A stretch of 64,000 nt of DNA from contig NW_014577063.1 in the NCBI RefSeq assembly GCF_000485595.1, forward strand, positions 242,019-306,018, read 5' to 3'. The DNA is from Priapulus caudatus (lineage: Eukaryota). The translations under genes were made by a program, and so were the position numbers. Position 1 is the first letter of the stretch. Every line of letters starts with the position of its first letter. The notes under the pieces are model-generated. The model searched no databases and had not been told where the DNA came from. It saw only the letters and a list, made by a program, of their open reading frames with translations. This document shows, in pieces, positions 1 to 14,216 of this stretch.

Positions 1-1240
1 CCACACACGCACAGGCACCAACACAGCCCACACACGCCACACGCCACCACAGCCACACCGCCACAGGCACACACAGCACAGCACACACGCTACAGGCCAC
101 ACATCAGACACACAGCACAACACACACGCCACAGACATCACAACGCACAGCCACCACACAGTTCCATCACATCGCTAGCAGTCCCACACATCGCACAACG
201 CACCAACACAGCCATCACACGCACATGGCCACCACACAGCTAACACTCGCACAGGCACCACACAACCACACACGCACAGCATCACACAGCACACAACGCG
301 CAGGCACCACACAGCCACACGCACCACACGAGCCACACACGCCACAGGACCACCACAGCCACACACGCACGGCCACACACAGCCACACACGCACACGCAC
401 CACACCAGCCACACCGACAGGCACCACACAGCACACACGCACAGGCACCACACAGCCAACACAACGCACAGGACCACAACAAGCCAGCACAAACGCTACA
501 CGCACACACAGACACACACGCCAGGCATCCCACAGACACACACGCACAGGGCACCACACAGCAACACACGCACAGGCACCACACTACACACACGCACACG
601 CCACACACAGCCACACACGACACAGCACACACAGCACAGGCACCACACAGCCCACACGCACAGGCACACACAGACACACACGCACAGGCAGAACGCACAC
701 AGCCACACAGCACAGGCACCTCAGCAGCAACACACGCACAGACACACGACGCAAGAGCACCACACAGCACACACGGCACAAGCCACACTACGCACAGGCA
801 CCACACAGCCACACACCAGCAGCACCACACAGACACACACCGCAACACGCACAGCACCACACAGACACACACGCACAAGCCACCACACAGACACAGCACG
901 CACAGCCACCACACAGCACTAACACGCACACGCACCACACAGCCACACGCACCACACAGCCACACACGCACAGCCACACACGCACACGACACTACACACA
1001 GCCACACACCGCCACAGGCACCACACAGCCACACACGCACAGGCACCACACCACGCACAGGCATCCACACAACCACACACGCACAGGCCACCAGCACAGC
1101 ACACCACGCACAGGCACCCACAGCACACACGCACAGCGCACCACACTAGCCACACACGCACAGGCCACCACACAGCAAACACACGCACAAGCACCACACA
1201 GATCCACACCACGCACCAGGCACCACACAGACACACACGT
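1..1240. repeat. Degenerate CA-rich minisatellite (about 25-30 bp units such as cacacacgcacaggcaccacacagc); resumes at 1730-2045
   Basis: Repeated gcacaggcaccacacag cores. This is the source of the His/Thr and Cys/Val pseudo-ORFs. Confidence 0.95.
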
Positions 1241-2049
1241 CCTTATGCCTATTCTTAGCACCATCTATACATGGCACTATACCGAATGACCCTTGCTGCG
1301 CCCCTTCATAGTCGGTCACCACAGCGATTTTTCACGTCTCCGAGACACGCACCAGCCACACACGCACCAGCCAATGACCATGACATCAGTTTGCAGCCAT
1401 ACTCACACCAATGCTAGCTAGGAACGAAGCCACCAGCTGAGCAAAACCTAAACACTACGTTGATCCCAATCTTTATATAAATTTTGCAGGGCACCACAGC
1501 GAATATTATAGCCCTAACACACGCACAGGCACCACACCGAATCACTCAACCACCTTGAGCCCACCGTATTAATGGTTTCTTCCACACGCCCGTAGCCACA
1601 CACGCCACCGCTACCTCATCACTCTAGCCACCACGCTACGTCCGCGTACAAAAAAGTACAAAGTGAGATTTTCTACTACCGCCCTCTGTCCTAGTAACCG
1701 CCAACTAATGCTAAAGCCCAACAACCCAAACGCCACACGCACAGGCACCACGACACGCCACAGGCACCACACAGCCACCCGCACCGCACCACACAGCCAC
1801 ACACGCACAGGCACCACACAGACAAACACACGCACAGGCCACCCACACAGACACACACGCACAGGCCACCACACAGACAACACACGCAAGACACACACGC
1901 ACAGGCCACCACACAGACACACACGCACAGGCACCACACAGACACACACGCACAGCACCACAACAAACCCACACACGCACAGGCCCACCACACACACACA
2001 CGCACAGACACACACGCACAGGCAAGCCGCACACAGAACACCACAAGCA

Positions 2050-2530
2050 GGTGTCTGTGTCTGTGTCTGTGCATGCGTCGGTGTCTGTGTTTGTGTATGC
2101 GGCTGTGTCTGTGTCTGTGTCTGTGCATGGGTCGGTGTCTGTGTCTGTGTTTGTGTATGCGGCTGTGTCTGTGTCTGTGTCTGTCACGTGCATGCGTCGG
2201 TGTCTGTGTCTGTGTTTGTGTATGCGTCTGTGTCTGTGTCTGTGTCTGTGCATGCGTCGGTGTCTGTGTCTGTGTCTGTGTATGCGGCTGTGTCTGTGTC
2301 TGTGTCTGTGCATGGGTCGGTGTCTGTGTTTGTGTATGTGTCTGTGTCTGTGTCTGTGTATGCCTCTTGGCGTATTTATCTGTGTCTGTGCCTGTGTATG
2401 CCTCTTGGCGTATTTATCTGTGTCTGTGTCTGTGTATGCGTCGGTGTCTGTATGTGTCTGTGTATGTATCTGCGTGTATGCGTTCGTGCGCGCGTGAGTG
2501 CGTGCGTGAGTGCATGTGTGAGTGCATACA
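2050..2530. repeat. (TGTGTC)n-based satellite with higher-order blocks (gcatgcgtcgg / gtatgcggct)
   Basis: Direct inspection. Confidence 0.95.
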
Positions 2531-4375
2531 TGTACGCCTCTTTATGCGCACACTTACCGCGACGACAGTAATAAAGCAAGGAACTACAGCACAGACTGGT
2601 CCAGATCAAGACGTGTCGGCATGGGGGGAGGGGGAGATAGCAGGTGCTTGCTCACAAAGCTGTCATCATATGACCTTACACAGTCCGCACACAATCTACG
2701 TTTTCTTCTCGCCCCATAATCGAGAAACAGCGAGGGCACCACATCCTGTGCGAGAGGACGTTTACGGGGTTTTCACCACGACCCTCGTGCTCACGAATGC
2801 GGCGGTAAACCCACCCGATGACCGCCACATTCATGATCCCGCCGCGTGCGCGCATGTACGCACGTACACGGCAGCACAGATCGGTAAACAAAGATGGCTG
2901 CACCTCGCAGCTACGACATAATATACATATATATATACATAAATATATATATACATATATATACATAAATATATATATATATATATATATACAGGCAGAT
3001 AAAGCTAAAGGCGTGCGTGCACTATACGTGCAATTCCGTACTAAGCACTATTCCGTGCTAAGCTCGGCGCACACTTACGGGTCAGGTGAGCGGCCCAGCA
3101 TTTCAGCCGCCGTACGTACGTGCGATCACGCACCACGAATACCTGATCAACGTGATCCTCTCTCTCGGCCGACTCGCAGCAGAGATAAACAAACACAAGC
3201 GCCGCTACTGCTGCGCCTATATGTACGTACGTGCGTGCGTAGATGTACGCGGTAGCAGCACACGTAAACACCGGCGACCCTCCGCGTGTAGAAATTTTCT
3301 GGGAGCCTCAGTATCTCAGTATCTCAACCCCTGCTAGCATCCGAAATGCGCAGCATCCGCGCGGAATAACAAACAGGTCGTTGGCTTCTGTTGGTAAGCG
3401 CGGGTATGAGAACGCGTGTATGTTTTCGTCTCGGCGTTCACCGCTCAGCCACCGTCGTATGCATCACCGCGACACCGTCAGCCGAACCCTCGCATCCACG
3501 GAAGCGCAGCTCACGCGCACGCGCCGTCTTCCCGGAGAATATTCCCGCGTGCGATCAGTGTAATGGAGGAGAAAACATGACGCGGTGATCACGAAACTAC
3601 CACTACGCCCAGGAAAACCAGACCAACGTCACTGCGAGCACACGGGGAGAGGGAGAGGGAGGGGAGGGGAGGGAGGGAAGAAGAGGTGGAGCGGACAATC
3701 AATAAGCACGCAGCAGCCTCCGCGCGTGTTATTCGAGTGCCACGCAGGCTTCGCACACAACGTACAGTAGTACAGTAGTACCCCCATGCACGGTCTGCCT
3801 GCCCACACACAGCGAGCAGCACCGAGGAAATCACACCGAAAAAAGAAAAGAATAAATGTCAGCATTCGAATGCTTGAGCCCGTACCAAGGAGCAGCGGGG
3901 TAGGCGGACACGATATCTACACTCCGGCAAACACAGACGGAGTTAACAGGGATCGCAGCGTTTCATTCGTTTGCTGGGAGTTGTCGGGAGAGCAGTTACA
4001 ACGAGGAGGGGCAGTCATTAGCACTAATGAACGTAGGCATGTGTAAATAACTTGTAATTAGCGTAAGAGCATCCTATAGTCATGAATTTGGTGTGAACAC
4101 AACTAGAAGACTCGGCGGTCTTCTTTGAACAACTGCTCTGCTGTAGGCAAACCTCAACTGCAGACATGGCAGACGGACTCAAAGCATTGGGTTCAGGCTA
4201 AACGTAGTCTGCTTAGTATGAGCTCAAATAAGGCCGATGAGTACTCCACTGCACATTAGCATACGGACGTGTGTATGTATGTTCCAGACTGACAGGGTGA
4301 CTAACAATACACATCGACGTATATATACCTGATCCGTCCTTTCAATGGTCGAATCTTGGAGCTATCTATGTTCAT

Positions 4376-4462
<87 letters not shown>

Positions 4463-4583
4463 TAGATATCTTCACGACAATTGCAGAATAAGGTTATTAC
4501 CACTGTCTAGCGATTCCACTTGGATCGTTATTGACATTACGCCGGAGACATGCATAAACTTACGATGTGTGCACACGTGATGC

Positions 4584-4621
4584 CAAGAGTAAGATAATAA
4601 TGCGTTATTATCTTACTCTTG
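4584..4621. mobile_element. 38-bp palindrome, putative P-element-type excision footprint or minimal MITE
   Basis: caagagtaagataataa-tgcg-ttattatcttactcttg (17+4+17), flanked by gtgatgc/gtgatgt. Ends are nearly identical to those of the 8888-9457 MITE. Confidence 0.75.
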
Positions 4622-5698
4622 GTGATGTCCATTCACCACTATGTGCATCATAGCACATCAACTACTAGAAAAGCCCCAGCTTGCGTGTTCCTGCGACACT
4701 CGGCCTCATGGCTGCTACACCGAATCCTATTCGCTTCTCAGGCTTTCGCCCGATTATCTCCTGCAGATTGAGAATCTCTTTCTACGACATCATCCCCCCA
4801 CGGAGTAAGCCGAGGTCTTCACTAATGGTACAGAACTACCATTTCGTCTACGAATCACTGCTATCTTTAGAATGACATCACCGAATCACGATCATCAGCG
4901 TCGTGACAATTATTGGTGGGACGCGGCGTCGATCAATCGTCACAGACGCACGCATCCGGCGCGCGTGGGATACCGCGTCCTCGTTGTTATCCGCATCTTA
5001 CTCCTCCTCGAAGCTATCTCATGAAGCCATGAGATGTCTGGAAGCTGAGCTGCATGACGCGCGCGACATCCGCGTGTCACAGCGGGCAGTATACCGACAT
5101 CATCCTACCTAGTCTGTCACGACACGTTTTCGGTGACACACACGCTTTCTGAGCAGGCGAGGAGTGCAGCTATAGATGCGCACGTAAATACATAAATACT
5201 GCAGCAGTCAAACAACCGACGCGAAGACCAGGAAGGAACCGCGAGTAGTCGGCACGAACCGAAAAAAACAACATTACAGGCGACTATTATAAATTCAAAC
5301 ATGACTAATCGTTTGCGAAGCGATTTGCATCAGTAGATTTTGCGCGTAAACGGCATCCGTTCGGTCGCGTGGAGAGCAACAATACACTCACATTACGCAC
5401 GCACGTAGCGGCGATAATCTTAGGACATCCTGCATACTTGGCCGGCAGCGCTATAACGTTCTACAGCGTCCACACAGCGAACTCTGTACAGCATGAAAAC
5501 CACAGACGAGCGTATGGCCGGCCCTTCCTTTACTGTAGTAGTTCAAGCAACGAAAGCGGCCCGATAGTAGTGGTAGCCACAGGATGGAAACACTGCGTTT
5601 GTGTTAGGACAAACGGTCATAACCTCAACAAAATGCTCACTATCACTTGCGGTAGAGGTCGCTACCTGAAAAAAAATTCCCACATTTCCTTTCAATTT

Positions 5699-6186
5699 AG
5701 AGGTCAAAACCCACACGAAACGTCCCCTTTCTTTCAAGCCAGAGGTCACATCCCACATGAACCGTCCACTCTCTTTCAAGCCAGAGGTCACAACCCATGT
5801 GAAACGTTCTTTTCCTTTCGAAGCAGAGGTAAAAACCCACACGAAATGCCCACTTTATTTCAATTCACAGGTCACACAACCAACACGAAACGTCCACTTT
5901 CTTTCAAGCCAGAGGTCACATCCCACATGAACCGTCCACTCCCTTTCAAGCCAGAGGTCACTACCCATGTGAAACGTTCTTTTCCTTTCGAAGCAGAGGT
6001 CACAACCCACACAAAACGTTCACTTTATTTCAATTCACAGGTCACACAACCAACACGAAACGTCCACTTTATTTCAAGCCCGAGGTCACATCCCACATGA
6101 ACCGTCCACTCCCTTTCAAGCCAGAGGTCACAACCCATGCGAAACGTTCTTTTCCTTTCGAAGCAGAGGTCACACCCCACACGAAA
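5699..6186. repeat. Tandem array of about 42 bp monomers in a 170-bp higher-order repeat (about 2.9 copies)
   Basis: gaggtcacatcccacatga recurs at 5742, 5912 and 6082; each period holds four related gaggtca..cca..gaaacgt monomers. Confidence 0.92.
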
Positions 6187-6465
6187 CTTCCTCTTAAGGC
6201 AGATGCCGCGACACTAAGTGAATTTCTTCTCTACTTGCCGAAATGCACGCGGTAGCAAGTTTCGTCAAAGTTCGCCGCCGGCATCTCTCTCACATCGATG
6301 ACAACGACAAAGCGCCGAGACTGCGAGCGCAAGGGACGAATAGACTGTCAGAGGGCGCTGCCGTTAAGCACACACCACTCCCCGCCAGTGCAGGTGGTGA
6401 TGCACAAACTGGGCAAGTATTACCAGCCAATCATTCACACACGTAGACATGCGTATAATATTACG

Positions 6466-6500
<35 letters not shown>

Positions 6501-7699
6501 TTATATGATGGGGCCAGATGCTGCCAGTGACATGCATGATACATGATCATTAATTTGCAAGCTTGCCATTGAGTGAAAGCTCTTCTATTGGTCTAATAGC
6601 GCGCAGAAAAACTCGTCTTAACGCTCTGTGCGCACAACTTTTTTATCTTCACGTTAACATTTTATATAGGTTTGTAATAATAGCCATGGCTTCTGCTAAC
6701 TGAAATCAGTATTGGTGTTTGTACATGCAAGCAAAATGCCCCCATGCAAATGCGCCCAGGCCAGCTGCAGTCATCCTCTAGAACACTAGACTGAATCATT
6801 GACAACTCGCGTGTGCAATGACAGGCACAGGTAAGACTGGTTAGAGGACTGTGGACGCAGTCTAGAAGACAACGGTGGTTATTATACTATATTATTCAGC
6901 GTTTGAATCCAAAGGAAACACGTTGGCGACAGTGTATGAAATAATGGCATTTCTAAAACCCGTCTTTTTCAAGGTGCCCATCTACACGAGATATTCAGGC
7001 CAGAAAAGATTTCAGTCAGCGGGGTATTTTCGGGTCTATTCCGTTCACGAGAAAATCAATAAATCATCATCACATTTTCACATTTTCGTGAGGATCTTTA
7101 TCGTTATAATGGACTTAATTCTCAATCGGTTTCAATGTGAAGCAACCACTCACAAAAGTAACACAATGCCGGCATGACGGGATTGTTAAAAATTAAATTA
7201 CACTAAGTGCTGTAAAATACAGCACTGAGTTATGACGTGGCAAAATATGGCAGACGAAATGTAACATGCATACAGGAAGTACAACTAGAGTCACCTGTAA
7301 TTAGACCTACGAAACTGGCTATTATGGCAACGTGGGTGGGGCCGGGGGAGAGGTGAGATCAAATACCAGAGGAATCCGAAACAAGTGCCGCAGAGCGACA
7401 GCGCTCAACTGACGTGTACTGTAGCTGGGTATTCTTCTGATAAACTCACTGGCAACCGAATCCAGAGAGACATGATACAAGATTGCGTGGCACAGCTTTG
7501 CTGTAGATCCTGAGCGCTGCGCGCAGATGAGACGCGCAGTTCCGCGGATATGCGCACGGACCGCGGGGATGTTCAAGTATGAAGCGCTGTCCGGCAGTGG
7601 AGACGTGCGCCAAATTCGAGGCCCGGCGACGTCTCCACAGCGGTCAGCGGCAGTGTCTGTCGTTTTAGAAGATGACAATGATTATATATTGTAGGAATT

Positions 7700-8170
7700 G
7701 GAGATTATAAAACCGTAACAAAAATTGGTCAGTCATTCTCCAGATTAGCTGAATCAAAAAGATTCGAATTTAATATGAACAAAACAAGTACAATGGTTAT
7801 AACATTCACAAACCAAGAAAAAGATAGAGAATTTAATAGGCAACCAAGTATTACAAAATGCACCAAATATTCATACCTAGGGGATTTAATTAATGATATA
7901 GGAGGTTATAACGATATGATAGAGTCCGAACTAAAAATGTAGGTTCATGATGAGGGAAATATTATCGTGGCAGAAGAGCAAAATTATGGAAATCATACTA
8001 ATGAAGCAAGAGTAAAATTATACGAAATGCACAGTACGTTTGACCTTCTCCTAAATAACAGTGAAAGATGGACTAACTTAATTCTAAGGAAAAGTAAAAA
8101 ATGTTGGAGGATTTCCAAAATGAGTGCCTGCGCAAAAATAAATAATCACGCAGAAAACTTACGCGAAAGG
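7700..8170 (+). pseudogene. Decayed non-LTR retrotransposon reverse transcriptase fragment
   Basis: Translates to ...KRFEFNMNKTSTMVI...KCTKYSYLGDLINDIGGYNDMIES... and ...LYE...LLNNSERWTNL, resembling the LINE RT 'N..KT..M / KYLG' region and thumb. Contains stops and frameshifts. Confidence 0.7.
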
Positions 8171-8887
8171 CATTGAAAGACGATGAAAACTCCAAGGAAA
8201 GATACGGAGAAATCAGTAAAAATAACATATAGTTTCTATACGTAAATTGTGGTAAATACATATAAAAACGCATTATTTATTGAAAATTCCCATATTTACT
8301 TATAAAACATCCAGAGGATGGCGCTGTGGCATGTAACATTATCTGCGATTTGCCTCCGAACATTAATTGTGTGTGTTTTATTGAATTGTTTAATGAATGA
8401 CGCACTCGTTCACTTCCGACAGCAAGTAAAAAATGCAGACATTTTCCTGTTCGATTCGAAATCATCGGCCGGGCATTTCATTATTTACAAAAAGAAAGAA
8501 GGCTGGGGAAAGGAACCGTCACGTCGGTGACGCCCCATTCATGCCCATCAATGAAGAAGGCGGGGCTTATTCTTATTACGGAGATGCAAAATGCAACAAA
8601 AGTACGTAGCTTAGTGCGCTAAACGACGTGTTATTTTCGTTTTTGTGCCAAACTCTATCGTAGGAAACCGTTCTAGCCTAGCAGAATGCCCTAGTTCCTG
8701 AGATCGGCGATTCCGTGTCCGAATGGGATTGTACTCACAAATTTAGAACATAAAGGGGCGGCGTGGACTGTGATTGGAAGACACAAAGTGTCAATCCTCG
8801 CGAGCCTGCGGTATCATGGCGGCGTCACGTCAAGTGCGCCCTCCCGCCACCGGCGTTCGCGCTCAGAGCATATATCTAGGATACTAC

Positions 8888-9457
8888 CAGGAGTAAGATA
8901 ATATAGGCAGAGTATGACACTCCAAAATACGTGAAATTCAGACATTTGCTTGCCTAATTTTACCGATGAATTATTACATGCAACTCGATAAAATTACATC
9001 TAAATTAGCGTTGGCATCCACCTCTCACTCAAACTTTACTTAGTATCCATACCTCTTCTTTATGGAGATATAGCTTTGAACGTCACACATGTTCATAGCT
9101 GTTTGACTAGGCTTGTGGCTTAGCTTTCCTGCTCGCCTTCTAACTGCTGTTATGCAGTGTGAGGAATGGTCTCTTGTCTGTTCACAAAAGAATGCCCCCT
9201 GTTGGCGGTTACGGTTACACGTATCTTTCAAACCCCCCATCGCACCCGCGCTTGCCACCGCACAGCTTTATATCTCCATAAAAAGAAGAGGTATAGAACT
9301 AAGTAAAGTTTGAGTGAGAGGTGGATGTCCAACGCTAATTTAGATGTAATTTTTATCGGAGTTTCACGTAATATTATCATCGGTAAAATTAGGCAAGCAA
9401 TGTTGAATTTCACGTATTTTGGAGTGTCATACTGCCTCCTATATTATCTTACTCCTG
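8888..9457. mobile_element. MITE with about 190-bp TIRs and a 7-bp TSD (P-superfamily-like)
   Basis: Runs caggagtaagataatatagg...cctatattatcttactcctg. Exact TSD atactac at 8881-8887 and 9458-9464. Confidence 0.9.
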
Positions 9458-12400
9458 ATACTACTAATACAGATCTCAAATCTATGATAGGCTTTGTTAT
9501 ACTGGTAGTAACAGTAATAAAGATACCAGCTGGTAACCTAATGACTTCGCTATATTCATCATGTTATCATGGATTGCGTCGAGCGCGAGCGTAGTAGTGA
9601 TGGTGGTGGTGAGGTGGTAGAGGGCAGGTGGAGGGGCTCTAAATAGCAAAAGCAGTTCAGTCCTTTGTTAACAGTCAACAATCCGTGGTTTAACCTCCCT
9701 CCTTGAGGGTCAAAAGGTTATCAAGACACTTACTCTTCGCAGCATCAGCGAAATACATTTCATGGTCCTTTCAATAAAGCCATAAAATGGTAGGTCGCCG
9801 GCTGAAACAAAGAAAAAGTTTTTCAATCGCTCCGTCAGACCCATGTCCTCAGAAAATGTTCTAAAATCTGCCCTGTGGCCCATTGACCTTTGACCTCCAA
9901 TTTCGGCGCTGGTGATGGGTTTCCTCCCATACCACTATCTATACATCGAATATTAAGAGCGTAGGTCGAGCCGTTGAGATTTGTGCACAATTCCGTATTT
10001 CCTCCTATACTTAAGTTAAGAGGAAAATACTCCCCCTCCATTGACACATCTTGACCTTTGACCCCCAAATTCAACATCCCGAGCCCTTTTTGCGATCCCC
10101 CCCCCCCCGACGTCCCGAATATCAAGACCGTACGTCGAGCGGTTAAGATTTGTGCCCAACTGTTGACGGACGCACGGACGAACGGACGGACGAACGCTCA
10201 TGCGATTCTACAAGCTGCATCTGACTTCGTCTGCTGAGCTAAAAAGGATCACAGAATTTTATCGAAGACCAATAAATCTTACACATTTTCCAGATGGACA
10301 TACATTTCATTTCAGACTATAGAGCTGGACTAGAAATAATCTGAACAGTGTGCACATGTCAAAGCGTATTCCTTTTAAATGGTGCCAGTGACATTATTTA
10401 CACGTATCTCCACAATGAGTAATGATTATCGGTCTGTGAGTATTCACATTTCACGCTATTAGTATTACCATGCAAACTTTAACAAACAAGTGGCATGTCA
10501 TTGTCAGACGACAATATTAAAAAAGGTTGACTCATGTGTAAGGGATGCTCCACCTATAGATTGCATATTAACTTTCACTGCACACCTGAGGATCTAATGA
10601 CTAACCAGCACACACTCAATCAATAAATTGTAATAATTATTAATTGAAGAATAACTACTATAATTTACTTGTATGCGCCCAAAATCTATGACCTCAAATA
10701 AATGTTAAGAGTAACACTGTACCTAAACACTGTATCTTTCACAGAATTACGTAAGCTCCTGTATTGACAATGGTGGACTGAGAGTAGTTGAATTATTCAT
10801 CCTCTAAATGGTATGTATTCTCATACCAGCGTAGCCAACTTGTACCAGAGCCCATGTTGATAACAGGTGCGCACACAGTATGTATCCGAATGCAGATATA
10901 GTCAGTTAATTATTAACTCATTACAGGTCACTGATCTAGAGCCCAGGCATTTACCTGTGCATACACCTGATAATCACGATCAATTACCAGAAGCAAGATA
11001 GCCTAACAATGTCATTTGTACAACCACTAGAACGCGCGGACGATTTTGGCTGCGCCGTTGCACACAGTAGAACTTTTGAGTTTGATGTTTCTACATACAC
11101 TACTATGACTCAAATGGTGTGCTGCACTACTCTCACGTGGGCTGCATGTTGTCTACTTGTAATTGAACTGTATTCCGGTCATTGATGACAGTACACACAA
11201 TAAAAAGTTTTCATGGGTAGAAATGAACTTTTGAATAAGGAAGTCCAACTCCCTCTCCTCAAAAAGATGTGGACTCCACAGCATCCGAATAAGCTAGTCA
11301 CTAGTCTGAAGTTGAAAACTAATGTTAACAACACAGAAGACAATTCAAAGTAACCAGAATGGCTTAATTGTGTCATCAGCTGTACATTACCACCGAATCT
11401 GACTTTAAGACAAACTAATATTTTATTCATTGTTTTCTTTGATTATTGATTATACATAGCAGAATTTTCTAGTATGGTACAACGTTTTCACAACGCACAA
11501 TATCTGACTTTTACATGTAAATTTCTCGTGAACTACCATACGCGTTTAGCTGTGCCGGACTACACGTGAAACACGTGTTGCCTTGGGAACAACACGAGCT
11601 ATTGCTTGTACAATTTGATCAATATCTTGTTAATATTCTGGTTGATTTTATCTGGTACATTATTATTAAGAGTGTGAATAGTGTATTTGCATGTACATGT
11701 GTAGAGAGAAGGGATGTTTTTATCGTAAGAAGCTCCTGTGCCACTCTGAATCTCACTACACTAGGCAATGACATGCAAGAAAAACCTTGTTAGATTCGAT
11801 ACTTTGTACTGGTAATACTAATGTCTATCGGTACATCTATATATATAAACTGACATTGCCTTGATCAAGCCCTTAGGTTTAGGTCTAGAACAACCTAACC
11901 CCCAGATTCACTGTAGGTGCCTAACAACTACTGATTGCTATAATTATTTGTTTCTAACAATAAATTACACAAAAAAAATTGTACAAATTTCTTAGAAATA
12001 TTCGTTAACCTCAATCCAAGCCAGTAAATTTTTTTGACCTGAATGTCACCAGCGACTAACTTGCTTTTAATAATATTAAACCAACGACTATAGTATTAAA
12101 GGCGGGTCATACCCACCAACTTTCCCAACAGGTGCGAACCACCTACTGGTTTAGACAGGTTCCTGAACGTTCATACAGGAAAGTGGCGAGGGGCAATTCT
12201 AACAGTACTAGCACCCTCCGGTTATAGGGTGTGCTGTGACTGGCAAAAAAATTGGGCCATATTAGATGAAGTGTTAATCTCACCAGCAGTTTTCTCAGCA
12301 GTGAAATGTAGTACTTACCATCTTGAGTTCACACAACATTAACCACTGATTACTCGCTACGAACTACCAAACTACACCATTTTCCACACTTGGAAACGAA

Positions 12401-12922
12401 ACTGAATCTTTGTGAGGAGTGATAAGTGACAGACATCTTGACGTAGCTACAATCAAACTGCCTCGCTAATCGATTAATCACTGGAACATAATATGTCTTT
12501 AGGGGAACTGTTATATCACGGGTGCTCCGATTCATTTTAGAATTGGGCTTGTGGTAGAAAATCTGTATGGGCCAGTAAATCAAAGTATCGAGAAATCGCT
12601 GAGAAATTTTAGTTGTCTTCTGTGACAAAAGCTTTCTACCATTTAATAATCTAGTGAATTCGCCAGCTGGCCCAAGTAAACAAAGACGTTAGGATATGCT
12701 AACCCGAACCTGGCTAGATGAACTCTACTCAGGTCTACTTCTGTTCTGGACCACCCAGACATCATTATTACTCTCACTCTAATCTAACCTTAAGCTGACC
12801 ACATCAGTAATGATTAAGGGCTGGTGTCCTAAAGTAGCTTAATATGAGTCCGATCTACATGATAACCTTACAAAATACTCAATTAGAATAAACCGGGTAC
12901 GGGAACAGAACTCTTTTTTTTT

Positions 12923-13225
12923 CAGAGTGGCTGGAGGTACGGCAGCCGTCGTTCGTTGAAGCCCCTTTTTGGCGTTTGTTTGAGGGCTGAGACAATTACT
13001 TGAGATCTTCTGATGTAAAGTTTACAATAATGTTCATTTTCATACCTAATCCGAGTGTTTCTAGCTCATCAAAACTCTCAAATCGTGAATTTATTTCCCA
13101 ATGCGTTATTTCGAAATCTGCTGCCATCTGCCGCCATCTTTGTCTCATTAAGTATGAAATCGAATGGACTTCCGTACCTCCAGCTTTATAAATTAGAGAT
13201 ACGGCTGCCGTACCTCCAGCCACTG
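12923..13225. mobile_element. MITE with about 23-bp TIRs (agtggctggaggtacggcagccgt)
   Basis: Inverted copy acggctgccgtacctccagccactg at 13201-13225. Confidence 0.75.
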
Positions 13226-13254
13226 CCCTTTTTTTTACTACATGACCAAAGATA

Positions 13255-14128
13255 TTTTTAAATTGCTTTTTACATCTATGGTAAGACCCATAATTGAATA
13301 TGGCAACTTAGTGTGGGCTCCACTACCAGAAGAGATAACCAACTAAAAAAATTGAAAGCGTGCAACGAAACGCTACGAAACGAGTACCCGGGTTAAATGA
13401 TCTTCCGTACAAGGAAAGGTTAAGACTATTAATATAACCATCACTTTTATACAGAAGAAGACGAGGAGACATGATCGACGTCTGAAAGCGACTGCACGGA
13501 AAGTATGACGACCAATAACCAGGGTGCGAAACTAACGCGAGTCCCTGTCCGGAGTCAAATACTCCCCGATTTATTGTGGGACTCCCTGATTTGACATATG
13601 CAGGAGTCCGTGTGACTCCCTGAAAATTCTGCTATACTAACTAGGTCATTCCAGAGCACTGCCTCGCGGAATTGCCATATTTTTTCAGCAAATGTCCAAA
13701 GAAAATTGGGCAGACGTACAACCGCATGAATCTTCAAAATAAGCACGTCCATTAAATTGTTAATACTTTTAGTTTTTAACTTCAGACTGCGGACTCCCTC
13801 ATTTTGCTGCGGACTCCCTCATTTTGCTGCGGACTCCCTCTTTTTGAGGGTAGGGAATCCGTTGGACTCCCTTGTTTAAAAGTCCATTTCTAACCCTGAA
13901 TACCCGTGGCTGATGCTAGACAACAACACACAAGGGCTTAGATTTCATAGTTTCAAACTTTACAAACGCCAAGTGAACCACACGCCTCAAAAAGAAAGCA
14001 TTTGGTTTTAGAACCGTCAACGATTGGAACTCCTTACCCGAAGAAATAGTAACATCAAAAACTATAAATGAATTCAAAAACAAAATTGACAGGCACTGGT
14101 CCCACCTGCAATATGACTACCTTAACTA
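13255..14128 (+). pseudogene. 3' fragment of a CR1-type LINE ORF2, interrupted by a MITE
   Basis: FKLLFTSMVRPIIEYGNLVWAP..IESVQRNATKRVPGLNDLPYKERL..SLLYRRRRGDMI..[MITE]..FRTVNDWNSLPEEIVTSKTINEFKNKIDRHW. Contains stops and frameshifts. Confidence 0.9.
13520..13898. mobile_element. hAT-like MITE (CAGGG ends, about 6-bp TSD) nested in the CR1 fragment
   Basis: TIRs cagggtgcgaaa / tttctaaccctg (10/12 match); flanks aataac/aatacc; internal 20-bp repeat gcggactccctcattttgct x3. Confidence 0.85.
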
Positions 14129-14216
14129 GTCATACAGTAGTAGCATTTATAAATTATAAAATGAAAATCATTGGGTCTAGTCACCACAATGAACTAGGTT
14201 TACTAGTAAGTAATAC

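Larger units (their letters stand above)
7380..10245 (-). mobile_element. Helentron-associated (HINE/DINE-1-like) non-autonomous element, probably carrying nested insertions
   Basis: Left end aacaagtgccgcagagcgacagcgctca is shared with 15998 and 16508. Segment 9690-10245 matches 17090-17628, including a (cgga)n microsatellite and the gagctaaaa terminus. That both ends belong to one element is inferred. Confidence 0.55.

Noticed and set aside
175..2921. Long His/Thr-rich and Cys/Val-rich ORFs (up to 354 aa)
   Set aside because: Translations of CA/TG satellites that lack stops in most frames; no protein features.
5369..6100. 243-aa ORF with repeated motifs; the array also superficially resembles CRISPR
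   Set aside because: It is a 42/170-bp tandem repeat with no unique spacers, no cas genes and a eukaryotic context.
11900..12030. Minus-strand peptide LLLETNNYSNQ, reminiscent of piggyBac transposase
   Set aside because: Too short, surrounded by stops, and no further motifs, TIRs or TTAA TSD were found.
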